Origin: Macrostomum lignano
Taxonomy: Eukaryota
Direction: 5' to 3'
Length of the DNA stretch: 64,000 nucleotides
Assembly: GCA_002269645.1 (NCBI GenBank)
Contig: NIVC01002604.1
Location: forward strand, 62,001-126,000
Under the pieces are notes generated by a model. That model was given only the letters and a program-made list of their open reading frames with translations, searched no databases and was not told the DNA's origin. This document shows positions 14,199 through 25,300 of the stretch, piece by piece. Position 1 is the first letter of the stretch; the number at the start of each line of letters is the position of its first letter. The translations under genes were made by a program, and so were the position numbers.

Positions 14199-14837
14199 TT
14201 ACTGCAACGGCTTGCCCAGGACCGTCGCCGAGGCTCGAGCAGCCGAACTTCTGCTTCGATTATCGTCGACCAGCTCGCCCCCTTCGCCGCCGCCGTTGCC
14301 GACTGCAGCCGATTGCGCAATCAGCGACGCCATAGATGACGTAATCGATGCCGAATAAGAATAAGTCGTCGGCGTTGTCGAATCGGCGCACTGCAGCTGG
14401 TCCTCGTCAGCATTGATGGCGCCATAGTAAGCTGGCCGCCACTGATGCTCGCAGCTGGCCGACGAAACCGACTGCAGTAGCGGCGACGCGTCCGGCGACT
14501 GCTGACGACGAGTCGACGGCAGGTAACGACGGCCGAACAGCCAGGCGATCAGGAAGGTGCCAATCAGGCAGCAGAGCAGGCAGCCAGTCAGCAGCAGCAT
14601 GCCCAGGCAGCCGGCGTCGCAGTCGCCTGCCAGACAGCCGACATCGTTGCTGACTGTCGAAGAGCTGTGGTTCGCCGCCGTCGCTCGGCCGTTTGAGCAG
14701 ACGGGGCAGACCAGCAGCCGACAGGGTGTAAAATTTCTATGGCCAGACGGTGGCCCTCCGGTGGGTGACGCGGTTGCCTGCCAATGCATTTTATCTATCC
14801 AGGTCAGCTGGCAGCAACTCTCAAGGCAGTTATACAA
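14199..14837 (-). CDS. Putative single-pass membrane protein of unknown family (terminal exon or single-exon gene; start unresolved)
   Basis: 212-codon GC-rich ORF with exon-like composition. Hydrophobic Cys-rich segment MLLLTGCLLCCLIGTFLIAWLFG is followed by RR. Upstream part has Cys pairs and NFT/NHS sequons; tail is Ser/Ala-rich. The track start is TTG and the first ATG (MHWQ) has no signal peptide. Confidence 0.5.
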   Translation of the reverse strand: MYNCLESCCQLTWIDKMHWQATASPTGGPPSGHRNFTPCRLLVCPVCSNGRATAANHSSSTVSNDVGCLAGDCDAGCLGMLLLTGCLLCCLIGTFLIAWLFGRRYLPSTRRQQSPDASPLLQSVSSASCEHQWRPAYYGAINADEDQLQCADSTTPTTYSYSASITSSMASLIAQSAAVGNGGGEGGELVDDNRSRSSAARASATVLGKPLQ

Positions 14838-15269
14838 TTATTATGCACGCAATTTATGCCCCCAGCCAAGGGGCCCCTGTTTATGATTGCGCAATAGCCA
14901 AAATTCACGCTGCAAATAGAATGATTCTTCGACACTAAATTTTATCATCATATATAGTATTGCGCAATACTTTATTTGAGCCACTAATGGGCCACTTTAT
15001 ATCAATTCTTGCGAAGCTTTCTTCTGATAACATCGATAAGAAAGTGAAATACCCATATGCGAATTGAAATAGAAAGTTGCAAGCAATTAATTATATTACA
15101 TTTATTTAGTTGCCTCAACATACTACTTATTTACGATGCTATAAGTAAGCTATAAGCAATTCACATGACTTATTTAGATAAAAAACTCTACAATTCGCTT
15201 ATTGCATGAGGGCCCTTGGTTCGATTCCGTGCACGGTCTCATTAATTTGAGGCCTGTGCACGAAAACCT

Positions 15270-15732
15270 CAACTAAACCCTAACCTAAAGCCTAGAAACT
15301 CACCTAAACACTGACCTAAAACCTAAACGTCCCCTAAACCCTGACGTAAACCATAAACGTCACGTAGACCCTGCCAAAGGCCTAACAGCACCTAAACTCT
15401 GATCTAAAGTCTAAACGTCACCTAAACCCTAACCTAAATCCTAAACTTCACATAAAGCCTGACCTAAATCCTAAACGTCACCTAAAACCTGATCTAAATC
15501 CTAATCGTCACCTAAACCCTGACCTGAATACTATAAACTTCACCTAGACCCCCTAAGGCCTAAACGTCACCTAAACCCTGACCTAGTCTAAACGTCACCT
15601 AAACCCTGACCTAAGGCCTAAAAGTCACCTAAACCCTGACTTAAAGCCTAAAAATCACCCAAACCCTGACCTCAAGCCTAAAAATCACCTAAACACTGAC
15701 CTAAAGTCTAAAAGTCACCTAAACCTTAACCT
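15270..15732. repeat. ~30-bp degenerate minisatellite built from CCCTAA-like units, ~15 copies
   Basis: Consensus approximately cacctaaaccctgacctaaagcctaaacgt. Confidence 0.85.
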
Positions 15733-16516
15733 GTAGACAAATTTCCCTATCAGCACGTCAGCGTCAGCAACAGCACCTTCAGTCCAGCACCAGTATAGAA
15801 ACTCGATTAAAGGTCGATTTACCTTTAAAAATGATAATGATAAATAAATAGTTGCACACAGCTCCGTGTTCTCGCGAATTTCATTAGAAAAAATTAATGG
15901 ATTTTACGTGTCACGTTTCGACATCAGGAAGTGAAAATGATAGCTCGATCCGGGACCAGTCTCGATTACAAGGAGACGAAGATGCAAGGAAACTTGAGCT
16001 GATCCTAAAGCTTTCAGGCATCGATCAGCTTGTCTCTATTGGGGCAATCTATACCGTTGTCCAAGTTGTTAGACACAGAATGTCAAACAAGGTCAAACCA
16101 GTTCACCATTAGTCGATTTCAACTCTTCCTGAAGATACAAGTTCATATTGCAGGGGCTGATCTTAGAAAGCAAATTATATAGGATTCCTCACGGCAGGCC
16201 TGACATTTGGATTCCTGGCGAGCTCGCGTGAGCAGTCCGTTTCAGATGAATCAGACAGTGAACTCAAGCAGCTGGCCTTGTTAAAGAAAACCGATTGATC
16301 GACAGGACACGAGGGAAGCAAGATTGGCAGGTGGGCGGATCAATTAAGCGCTGCAAGAGTGCTGTTGGACTTTTAACTGCACTCGCAAAGTACAATAAGT
16401 ACTATACTATCGCGTGTTATACGAGCTACATGTATAAGCGATCGAGCCAAGCAGACAGGCGAGCATTTGTTAGGTGCCGCTAAAAAATTCGCCGTCTAGG
16501 AGGGCAGCAGCTCTGC

Positions 16517-17425
16517 CTGAGGATCTGTGAGGCTGGCCCAGCAACTGAGGATCTGGGCGGCTGGCCCAGCAACTGAGGATCTGGGAGGCTGGCCCAGCAA
16601 CTGAGGATCTGGGAGGCTGGCCCAGCAATTGAGGATCTGGGAGGCTGGCCCAGCAACTGAGGATCTGAGAGGGTGGCCCAGCAATTGAGGATCTGGGAGG
16701 CTGGCCCAGCAACTGAGGATCTGAGAGGGTGGCCCAGCAACTGAGGATCTGGGAGGGTGGCGGCCCAGCAACTGAGGATCTGGGAGGGTGGCGGCCCAGC
16801 AATTGAGGATCTGGGAGGCTGGCCCAGCAACTGAGGATCTGGGCGGCTGGCCCAGCAACTGAGGATCTGGGAGGCTGGCCCAGCAACTGAGGATCTGGGA
16901 GGCTGGCCCAGCAATTGAGGATCTGGGAGGCTGGCCCAGCAATTGAGGATCTGGGAGGCTGGCCCAGCAATTGAGGATCTGGGAGGCTGGCCCAGCAACT
17001 GAGGATCTGAGAGGGTGGCCCAGCAACTGAGGATCTGGGAGGGTGGCGGCCCAGCAATTGAGGATCTGAGAGGGTGGCCCAGCAACTGAGGATCTGAGAG
17101 GGTGGCTTAGCAACTGAGGATCTGAGAGGGTGGCCCAGCAACTGACATTCTGGGAGGTTGGCCCAGCAACTGAGGATCTGAGAGGGTGGCCCAGCAACTG
17201 AGGATCTGGGAGGGTGGCCCAGCAACTGAGGATCTGGGAGGGTGGCCCAGCAACTGAGGATCTAGGAGGGTGGCCCAGCAACTAAGGATCTGGGAGGCTG
17301 GCCCAGCAACTGAGGATCTGAGAGGCTGGCTCAGCAACTGAGGATCTGAGAGGCTGGCCCAGCAACTGAGGATCTGAGAGGCTGGCCCAGCAACTGAAGA
17401 TCTGGGAGGCTGGCCCAACTAAGGA
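16517..17425. repeat. 28-bp GC-rich minisatellite, ~32 copies
   Basis: Unit tgaggatctgggaggctggcccagcaac. It produces the 28-aa periodic ORFs in all three minus frames. Confidence 0.95.
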
Positions 17426-17799
17426 TCAACGGTAGTTATAAAACAATAAATCACAGAGAATATCAAGTACTCGTGTACAATCAGGGAATTCGGTGCAACA
17501 TTCCGGACACCATCAATCAAAAACAAAGTGCCAGTGTATTCTCGGAATTTCTGTTTATTAAGTACTGCTTACTGTAGGAGACGCGGCGCACAGAACAGGA
17601 CAAGGCAGCTGGTGCCAGCAAGTTCGAACTCGCGCATACTGTACACTATAAATTCATGACGAAAGCCAGCGAGACAGCGGCGAAAGGAAACAGAAGCAAA
17701 AATAAACAGCATCATCAATCAGCGCTTTGCAAGCTGCAAAAATCTGCCAATAATTTTAAAATAATCATCAGGGTGGGTGAAATGAAATGGATTGCTAAT

Positions 17800-18020
17800 G
17801 TCTGTCTGTCTATCTATCCATCTGTCTGCAGTCTACCTGTCTATCTACCCATCTGTCTGCAGTCTACCTGTTTATCTACCTATCTGCCTGCAGTCTACCT
17901 GTCTATCTACCCATCTGTCTGCCATCTACCTGTCTATCTACCCATCTGTCTGCCATCTACCTGTCTATCTACCCATCTTCTGAAGTCTACCTGTCTATCT
18001 ACCATCTGTCTGTGTTCACC
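17800..18020. repeat. Degenerate ctatctacc/ctgtct simple repeat (~30-bp period)
   Basis: Seen directly. Confidence 0.85.
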
Positions 18021-18901
18021 TGTGACTTGATTGCAATCCATTTACAATTAACTAAAACCACGTGGACAAAAAGGTAAAAATATTAAAGAGAAAGAACAAA
18101 GCGAGTTGATTAAACACAGACTTTCAATATTTGTTAGAGCAGAAGTCTGGCTATAGTCTAAGACTTAACTTGATTCATTAACTCGGTGAAACATTTTACC
18201 ACATGGAAGATGGAATGCAGGGTCGCATTGCTGCTGCAATTGCGCGCTCAGAACAGATAAATTGGGGCCCGCGACAACAAAGACTCAGCGCTATGTAAGA
18301 ACAAAGACTTTACAATATAATAATATATAAAATTATTAATAAGTAGCTTTAATTGAAAGCGTTCTGTTTAATAATAGCTGATCACAATTTTGCAGCTGAA
18401 GAGAATCTGTACAAAGAAATTGCATGCGAATAGTAATCAAATTATTATAAACAGCAAATACAACAGTTAAATATGATAGATTATTGAGAAGGCAAGGCGT
18501 AGTACTCATACGCATCTCAAAGTTGTTTCATTTTCGTAATATCATATTTTTTGTTATTATATACTACGGATAATATTTGTGTGCGATAGGCGTAAACAAA
18601 AAATAACCATTAATAAATAATTTATTGTTCTGAAATATAATCGCAAAACAGAAAAAACAATAACAGTTGATATATTTGCTTCCACACTCAGAGATCTAAT
18701 GATAGCGCTGACTTAAGAGCCTGATCGATGAATTTCTTCTCTATCAGGCACCGTGAAATCGGGGTCGGGGTGGGGGCAGCTGCCCTCTGGCATTGAGACA
18801 GGGGGACAGCTATCTGACCTAACGGAGGTCAAAGGGGATCCAAAGTGCCTGTTCCCGATATTTGATATATTATATATCGATATATGATAGCACCGACTAT
18901 T

Positions 18902-19213
18902 GGGGGTTTGTAGCCTAGTGGTTAGAGCGTCGGACTCACAACTGAAAGGTCGGGAGTTCGAATCCCGATCCCACTCGGAACAATTTGCGTCCTTGAGCAA
19001 GGCACTTAACTCTGCATTGCTTCAGTTCACCCAGCTGTAAAATGGGTGCCAGCATTACTCGTAGCTGGGGTAATTGAGGCTGTGTGTGGCGACCCCCCAG
19101 TCCTTGGACTGAACAGCCGTACGCAGCCTTCAGATGCGCCGCGCAAATAGCTGCGGCTGAGCTGTCGGTTGCACATCTGGCCTAATTAGGGCAGGTGTAA
19201 TCAATTATTATTA
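18902..19213 (+). mobile_element. tRNA-derived SINE with CORE-like central domain, copy 1
   Basis: Pol III A box (tagcctagtggtta) and B box (ggagttcgaatccc). Central gtccttgagcaaggcacttaac...cagttcacccagctgtaaaatggg resembles the MIR/CORE consensus as I recall it. (ATT)n tail. Second copy at 49046-49314. Confidence 0.85.
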
Positions 19214-19332
19214 TCCTTACTGACTAGTAAAAAAAGCATCGTCAAAATTGGGTAAACAGCGAGAGTAACTGTACCCACATTTATAAGCAAACCCGCCTCG
19301 TCATCTCATAAGTCTCACAAACTCAAGGCATT

Positions 19333-22300
19333 TTACTGGTTAGCAGCATCCGGCCGAACAATATGATAAGTGACCAGGTACTCCGGGTAGGCCTGTTCGC
19401 CCCGGTAAATAACGTATTCGGCAAATGACAAGCCGCCAACTGACGGCCGGCCAATAATCGAGTGATGCCCGGGGGGCGCGTGAGCTACTTTCATGGCGCT
19501 AAACTGTAGGAACGATTTGCCAAGGCAGACGCGGCACACCAGCAGCTGGCGGGCGCACTGGTAGCAGGATTTGTCCCGGTGCGCCGGGCAGCCGGTGCCG
19601 CCGCCGATGCCGTACACGTACTGATTAGACTTGGAGGAATTCTCAGCAAAGTAGATCCCGGCGCCGAACATGCCGCCAATGTAGGCGTGACGCTCGTCGA
19701 AGCCTCTCTGAACGATGGCGCCAACGAATGGGCTGCCGTGGAACAGCAGGCGCTCGTTCTGGTTGCCGGCGTTCTCCTCGGCGATCTCGTGTCGCCTGTG
19801 CGAGTATCGCTCCCATAGGCGCTGGTTGCGCACCTGCGATTATTGATGAGGGGTGGGTGCGCCTCATGCGGTTATCGTATTAGACTATAGACTGTATGCA
19901 TGAGAGACATTCTAGGAACGGTTTAGGAGACATTTTAGGGACGTTTGAAGGATGATTTAGGAGAGAATCTAAGAATGGTTTAGGAGACATTCTAAGAATA
20001 GTCTAGGAGACATTTCTAAGCATGGTTTAGAAGACATTCTAAAAACGGTTTAGGAGACATTCTAAGAATAGTCTAGGAGACATTTCTAAGCATGGTTTAG
20101 AAGACATTCTAAAAACGGTTTAGGAGACATTCTAAGAATGGTTTAGGAGACATTTCTAAGAATGGTTTAGAAGACATTATAAGAACGGTTTAGGAGACAT
20201 TCTAAGAATTTTTGGAAACATTCTAGGAAAGGTTTAGGAGAAATTCTAAGAACGGCTTAGGAGAAATTCTAAGAACGGCTTAGGAGACATTCTAAGAATA
20301 GTCTAGGAGACATTTCTAAGCATGGTTTAGAAGACATTCTAAAAACGGTTTAGGAGACATTCCAACAATAGTTTAGGAGACATTCTTCCAACAAGAGTTT
20401 AGGAGACATTCTAAGAATGGTTTAGGAGACATTCTAAGAATGATTAAGAAGACATTCTAAGAAATGGTTTAGGAGACATTCCAACAATAGTTTAGGAGAC
20501 AGCCCGAGGCAAAACTGACAAACATTGACAAAAAAGTTTTAAGCAATAACTAAAATGGGCCAGTCGAGCTCACCTTCTGCACCTTGGAGATGGCGTATCT
20601 CGAGAACACGCCGCCGCAATTGTCCCGATGCTCCCTATAGGTGCTCTGCATCTGCTCCTCGACAGACTGAAACTCCGGATCAGTGTCGGCCAAGTCAACT
20701 AAGATTGTAGCGTTAGCGGCGCCGGGCGGGAACACGCCGCCGCTTGGCGCCATCGAGGGCGCGCCAACGCCGCCAAGATGACCAGACGCGAGGCCGCCGA
20801 CTCCAGCGGTGTGGTAGCTGCCGCCGCCGCCACCGCTGCTAACCACAGCAGCTGAGCCGTCCAGGTAGCCGCGGGCCAGCAGGTCAACGCCGGCTGGCGG
20901 GCAAGCCGACCGCAGCCGCTCGATGCCCTTGAGAATTCGGTGCCGATGCCCGAACGCGGACACGCCAATCTCTTTGAGATCCTCGTGGCCCATCTCAACT
21001 AGAACGTCGATGCCAATCTTTTCCCGTTCAAACGTGTCAATCAATTCGTCTAGGTGGAGGCTGCGCAAGAAATTGCAGACGTTCAACGGACCGGGATCGG
21101 GGGCGGCGCTAGCGTTGGCGTTAGCGCCGCTTGTTGCGTCAGCTCCGCCTGCGGTGGGGTGCGGATGCAGCGGCACCGGGCTGGGGCTGGCTGGAGCATC
21201 CAACAGCAGGCCGGTGGTGCCGTCGGATGTCGGAATGGCGGAGCTGGCGATCGGCAGCGGTGGTGGTGGCGGCGGAGCCGGCTTCGGCACAGACAGAGGC
21301 GGGCTGTGCAGCGGCATGGCGTCCATTAGCAGAGCCCGGGCATCGTCGGCCGAGCAGAGCTCAAGTGCCGTCTGGCCCTCGTGATTGCGCAAGCAAACGT
21401 TGGCACCGTGGGCAAGGAGTAGTGCGCACACCTGAGCGGCCGTGTTGAAAGTAGTTAATTAATTAAATGAAAGGAGTTCTTGTAAGCTAATTATAATAGA
21501 GACAGAGAGACCAGAGGGAAAGGGAGATAAAGGAGGATAAAGATGCCAGAAAGGGAGATAAGAGAGGATAAGGAGGCCAGAAAGTGAGATAAGAGAGGAT
21601 AAGGAGGCCAGAAAGTGAGATAAGAGAGGATAAGAAGGCCAGAAAGGGAGATAAGAGAGGATAAGGAGGCCAGAAAGAGGAGATAAGAGAGGATAAGGAG
21701 GCCAGAAAGGGAGATAAGAGAGAATAAGGAGGCCAGAAAGGGAGATAAGAGAGGATAAGGAGGCCAGAAGGGAGATAAGAGAGGATAAGGAGGCCAGAAG
21801 GGAGATAAGAGAGGATAAGGAGGCCAGAAAGGGAGATAAGAGAGGATAAGGAGGCCAGAAAGGGAGATAAGAGAGGATAAGGAGGCCAGAAAGTGAGATA
21901 AGAGAGGATAAGGAGGCCAGAAAGGGAGATAAGAGAGGATAAGGAGGCCAGAAAGGGAGATAAGAGAGGATAAGGAGGCCAGAAGGGAGATAAGAGAGGA
22001 TAAGGAGGCCAGAAGGGAGATAAGAGAGGATAAGGAGGCCAGAAAGGGAGATAAGAGAGGATAAGGAGGCCAGAAAGGGAGATAAGAGAGGATAAGGAGG
22101 TCAGAAAGGGAGATAAGAGAGGATAAGGAGGTCAGAAAGAGGAGATAAGAGAGGATAAGGAGGCCAGAAAGGGAGATAAGAGAGGATAAGGAGGCCAGAA
22201 AGAGGAGATAAGAGAGGATAAGGAGGCCAGAAGGGAGATAAGAGAGGATAAGGAGGCCAGAAAGTGAGATAAGAGAGGATAAGGAGGCCAGAAAGGGAGA

Positions 22301-25300
22301 TAAGAGAGGATAAGGAGGCCAGAAGGGAGATAAGAGAGGATAAGGAGGCCAGAAAGTGAGATAAGAGAGGATAAGGAGGCCAGAAAGGGAGATAAGAGAG
22401 GATAAGGAGGCCAGAAAGAGGAGATAAGAGAGGATAAGGAGGCCAGAAAGGGAGATAATAGAAAACGAGAAATCGAGCCTGGAAGCCTGAAGTCGAGCCC
22501 GGGCCATAATGGCACAAAATGAAGAGTTGGGCTACAAACTAATACTATTATTATTAACATGCAAAACATGAGCAGACCTGAGTCCGGCCTTTCTGAGCGG
22601 CCTCGTGAAGCGGACTGTAGCCCCATTTATCAACGGCATTCACGTCGGCTCCGTGTCGAACCAGCAGCGCGGCAATGTCAACGTGGCCATAGGAGCTGGC
22701 ATTGTGCAAGGGTATTAGTCCGCCTCGGTCCTGCGCGTTCACCTCGGCACCCTGGGCTAGCAGGTATTCGGCCACTTCGTAATTATTATAGCCAGCGGCC
22801 AGGTGTAACGGGGTAGAGTTCCTGCCGGCAGTGTCCCGGCAAGAGATGTTCTCTGGCGAGACCAGGCGCTGCACCTTGGCCAAGTTGCCTTTCTTAGCGG
22901 ACTCTAGCAGGGCCTGGTCACCCCGAAGCAGGTCGTAGATGTCCGACTCGGTGTCCTTGACCAGGTCGATCGGGGCGCAGCCGTCGCGATTCTTTTTAGC
23001 CGGATCGGCGCCGTGTCGGAGTAGCAATTTGCAGATCTCGAATTTGCCTTTAGCCGCGGCCTCGTGTAGGGGAGTGAATTTCCACAGATCCGTCACGTTG
23101 ACGCTGGCCCCGCTGTGCAGTAGCAGCTCGGCCACCTTGGCGTGACCGTAGCTGCAGGCGTTGTGCAGTGGCACCAGGCCGCCTTTGTCCTTGGCGTGCA
23201 CGTCGGCTCCCTGCTGCAGTAGGAATTCAACAACCGACAGTCGGTTGTAGCCGGCGGCAAAGTGCAGCGGTGTCGAGTGTCGGCCGTCCAGATCGCGACA
23301 GTTCACAGCCTCGGGATGGGCGCGGACTAGGCGGGTGACCAGGTCCAAATCGCCCGATTTGGCTGCCTCTAGTAGTTGCAAGTCGACTTGGTTGCGAGTC
23401 TCCGGCACCGGCGGAGCTGGCGGCGTCGGTGGCGACGTCGGAGGGACGGGCGGCGAAATGGGCAACGAGACAGAAGCGGACGACGAGGAAGAAGGCTGCT
23501 GCTGCTGTACAGTAGTGGTGGGCACCGCGGCCAGAGCGGGCGGACTGACTGCGGCAGCAGCCGTAGCCGCGGCCGCGGCAACAATGGGCGCAGCAGTCGG
23601 CCTGCACGCCTCCTGAGCTAGCAGAGCGGCCAGGGCGGGCTCGGCTGCCACGGAGTCGGCGCTGTGACCGTCCAGCGAGTGTACAGTGGGATCGGCGCCG
23701 TAGGCTAACAGCAGACGGCAGGCGGCGGTGTGGCCGGCCCCAGCGGCTGCGTGCAGAGGGGTGTGGCCGGACCGGTCGGGAGAGTTGGGCTTGGCGCCGA
23801 GTTTCAACAGCAATTCCAGCACGTCCATGTGGCCACGGCTGGCGGCCACGTGCAGCGGCGTCTGCAGTTGGCGATTCTTGTCTCCAAGCTGGCAGCCTTT
23901 GCGCAGTAGGCTCTCGCCGATCTGCCGACGCTTACCGCCGGCCGGGGTGGCGCAGGCGGCGCAGGCGTGCAGCAGGGAATCGCCGCTGACCGGATGCCGG
24001 TAGTTGAGCAGGTCCGGCGTGATCAGCTTCTTTACCTGAGTGATGGAGAGGTTTTGTGCAATGCAAGACTGGGCCTCTTTAACGACGAATTGGGCACCTT
24101 CTCAAATCTCTATACCCGGTTGGCGCCCCAATACCAAATCTTGGCGCCTCAATACCAAATCTTGGCGCTCCAATACCAAATCTTGACGCTCCAATAACTA
24201 ATCTTGGCGCTCCAATAACTAATCTTGGCGCCTCAATACCAAATCTTGGCGCCTCAATCACTAATCTTGGCGCCTAAATCACTCACTAATCTTGGCGCCT
24301 AAATCACTCACTAATCTTGGCGCCTCAATCACTAATCTTGGCGCCTCAATCACTCACTAATCTTGGCGCCTCAATCACTAATCTTGGCGCCTAAATCACT
24401 CACTAATCTTGGCGCCTCAATCACTAATCAATACCAGCGCATCAATACCAAATCCTGGTTCTTAAATACCCATCATGAGGCCTTCAATAACAATGCCGTT
24501 TCCGTTTCAATAAAAACAAAAATCTTGGCACATTGACAAGCTGCAGTTCCAATTGTAAAGTTCCCGAGCTTGTAAAACGGTGCCTATTAGATACCAATAA
24601 AAGAACTCACCGAAGCAGAGTCGGCGCCGAGCACAGCATTGTACAAACAGCAGCCTTTATAGTCTCTCATCAGCCTGTCGCGCAGGTCCGGAGTCGGCGC
24701 CAGATCGGCCGGCGTCTTGCCGTGACAATTGGCGTGAAACGGATCGGCCGAGTGGGCCAGCAGCAGGGCACAGACTTCGGCCCGGCCTTTGCTAGCCGCC
24801 TCGTGTAGCGGAGTGAACTGCCACAGGTCAACTGCGTGCACGCTGGCCCCGGCCTGCAGCAGCAGCTCGGCAACTTCGTAGTGACCGTAGCTGCAGGCGT
24901 TGTGCAACGGCACCAGGCCGCCTTTGTCCTTGGCGTGCACGTCGGCGCCGTGCTGCAGTAGGAGGCGAATTATCTTAGTCCGATTGTAGCCGGCGGCCAG
25001 GTGCAACGGCGACGATTTACGGCCGTCGCCGGCGTGACAATTCACGTTGATTGGGGTCAGGTAGAGTCGCATAATCTCTTCGTTGCCGCTGCGCGAGGCT
25101 TCGAGGATTTCCTCTTTGCGGTAGTCGCCTGTGAAGGCGAAATGTTATGAGGATTGTTAACAGTGGGGATTAATAAAGATGATGTGCTGTGCTGAAGACA
25201 ACAGCCTTCAGTTGTTGCTAGCATTTAAACTTTTAGACTTTTGACGAGGGTTCTCAGTCAATTGTGATCGTATCTCCGCGTTCCTTCTCGTGTTTTCATG

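Noticed and set aside
15897-16500. Moderately GC-rich segment with 50-70 codon frames on both strands
   Set aside because: I could not build a consistent spliced frame; it would need an implausibly short 31-nt intron.
16470-17418. Long Pro/Ser/Gln ORFs in three minus frames
   Set aside because: Artefact of the 28-bp repeat lacking stops.
18902-18975. tRNA-Val(CAC)-like cloverleaf
   Set aside because: It is the head of a SINE: imperfect stems, followed by the CORE-like body and tail, and present in a second diverged copy.
21491-22626. Hydrophobic Leu/Ser-rich ORFs up to 338 aa
   Set aside because: Translation of the purine-rich array in TNKS intron 3.
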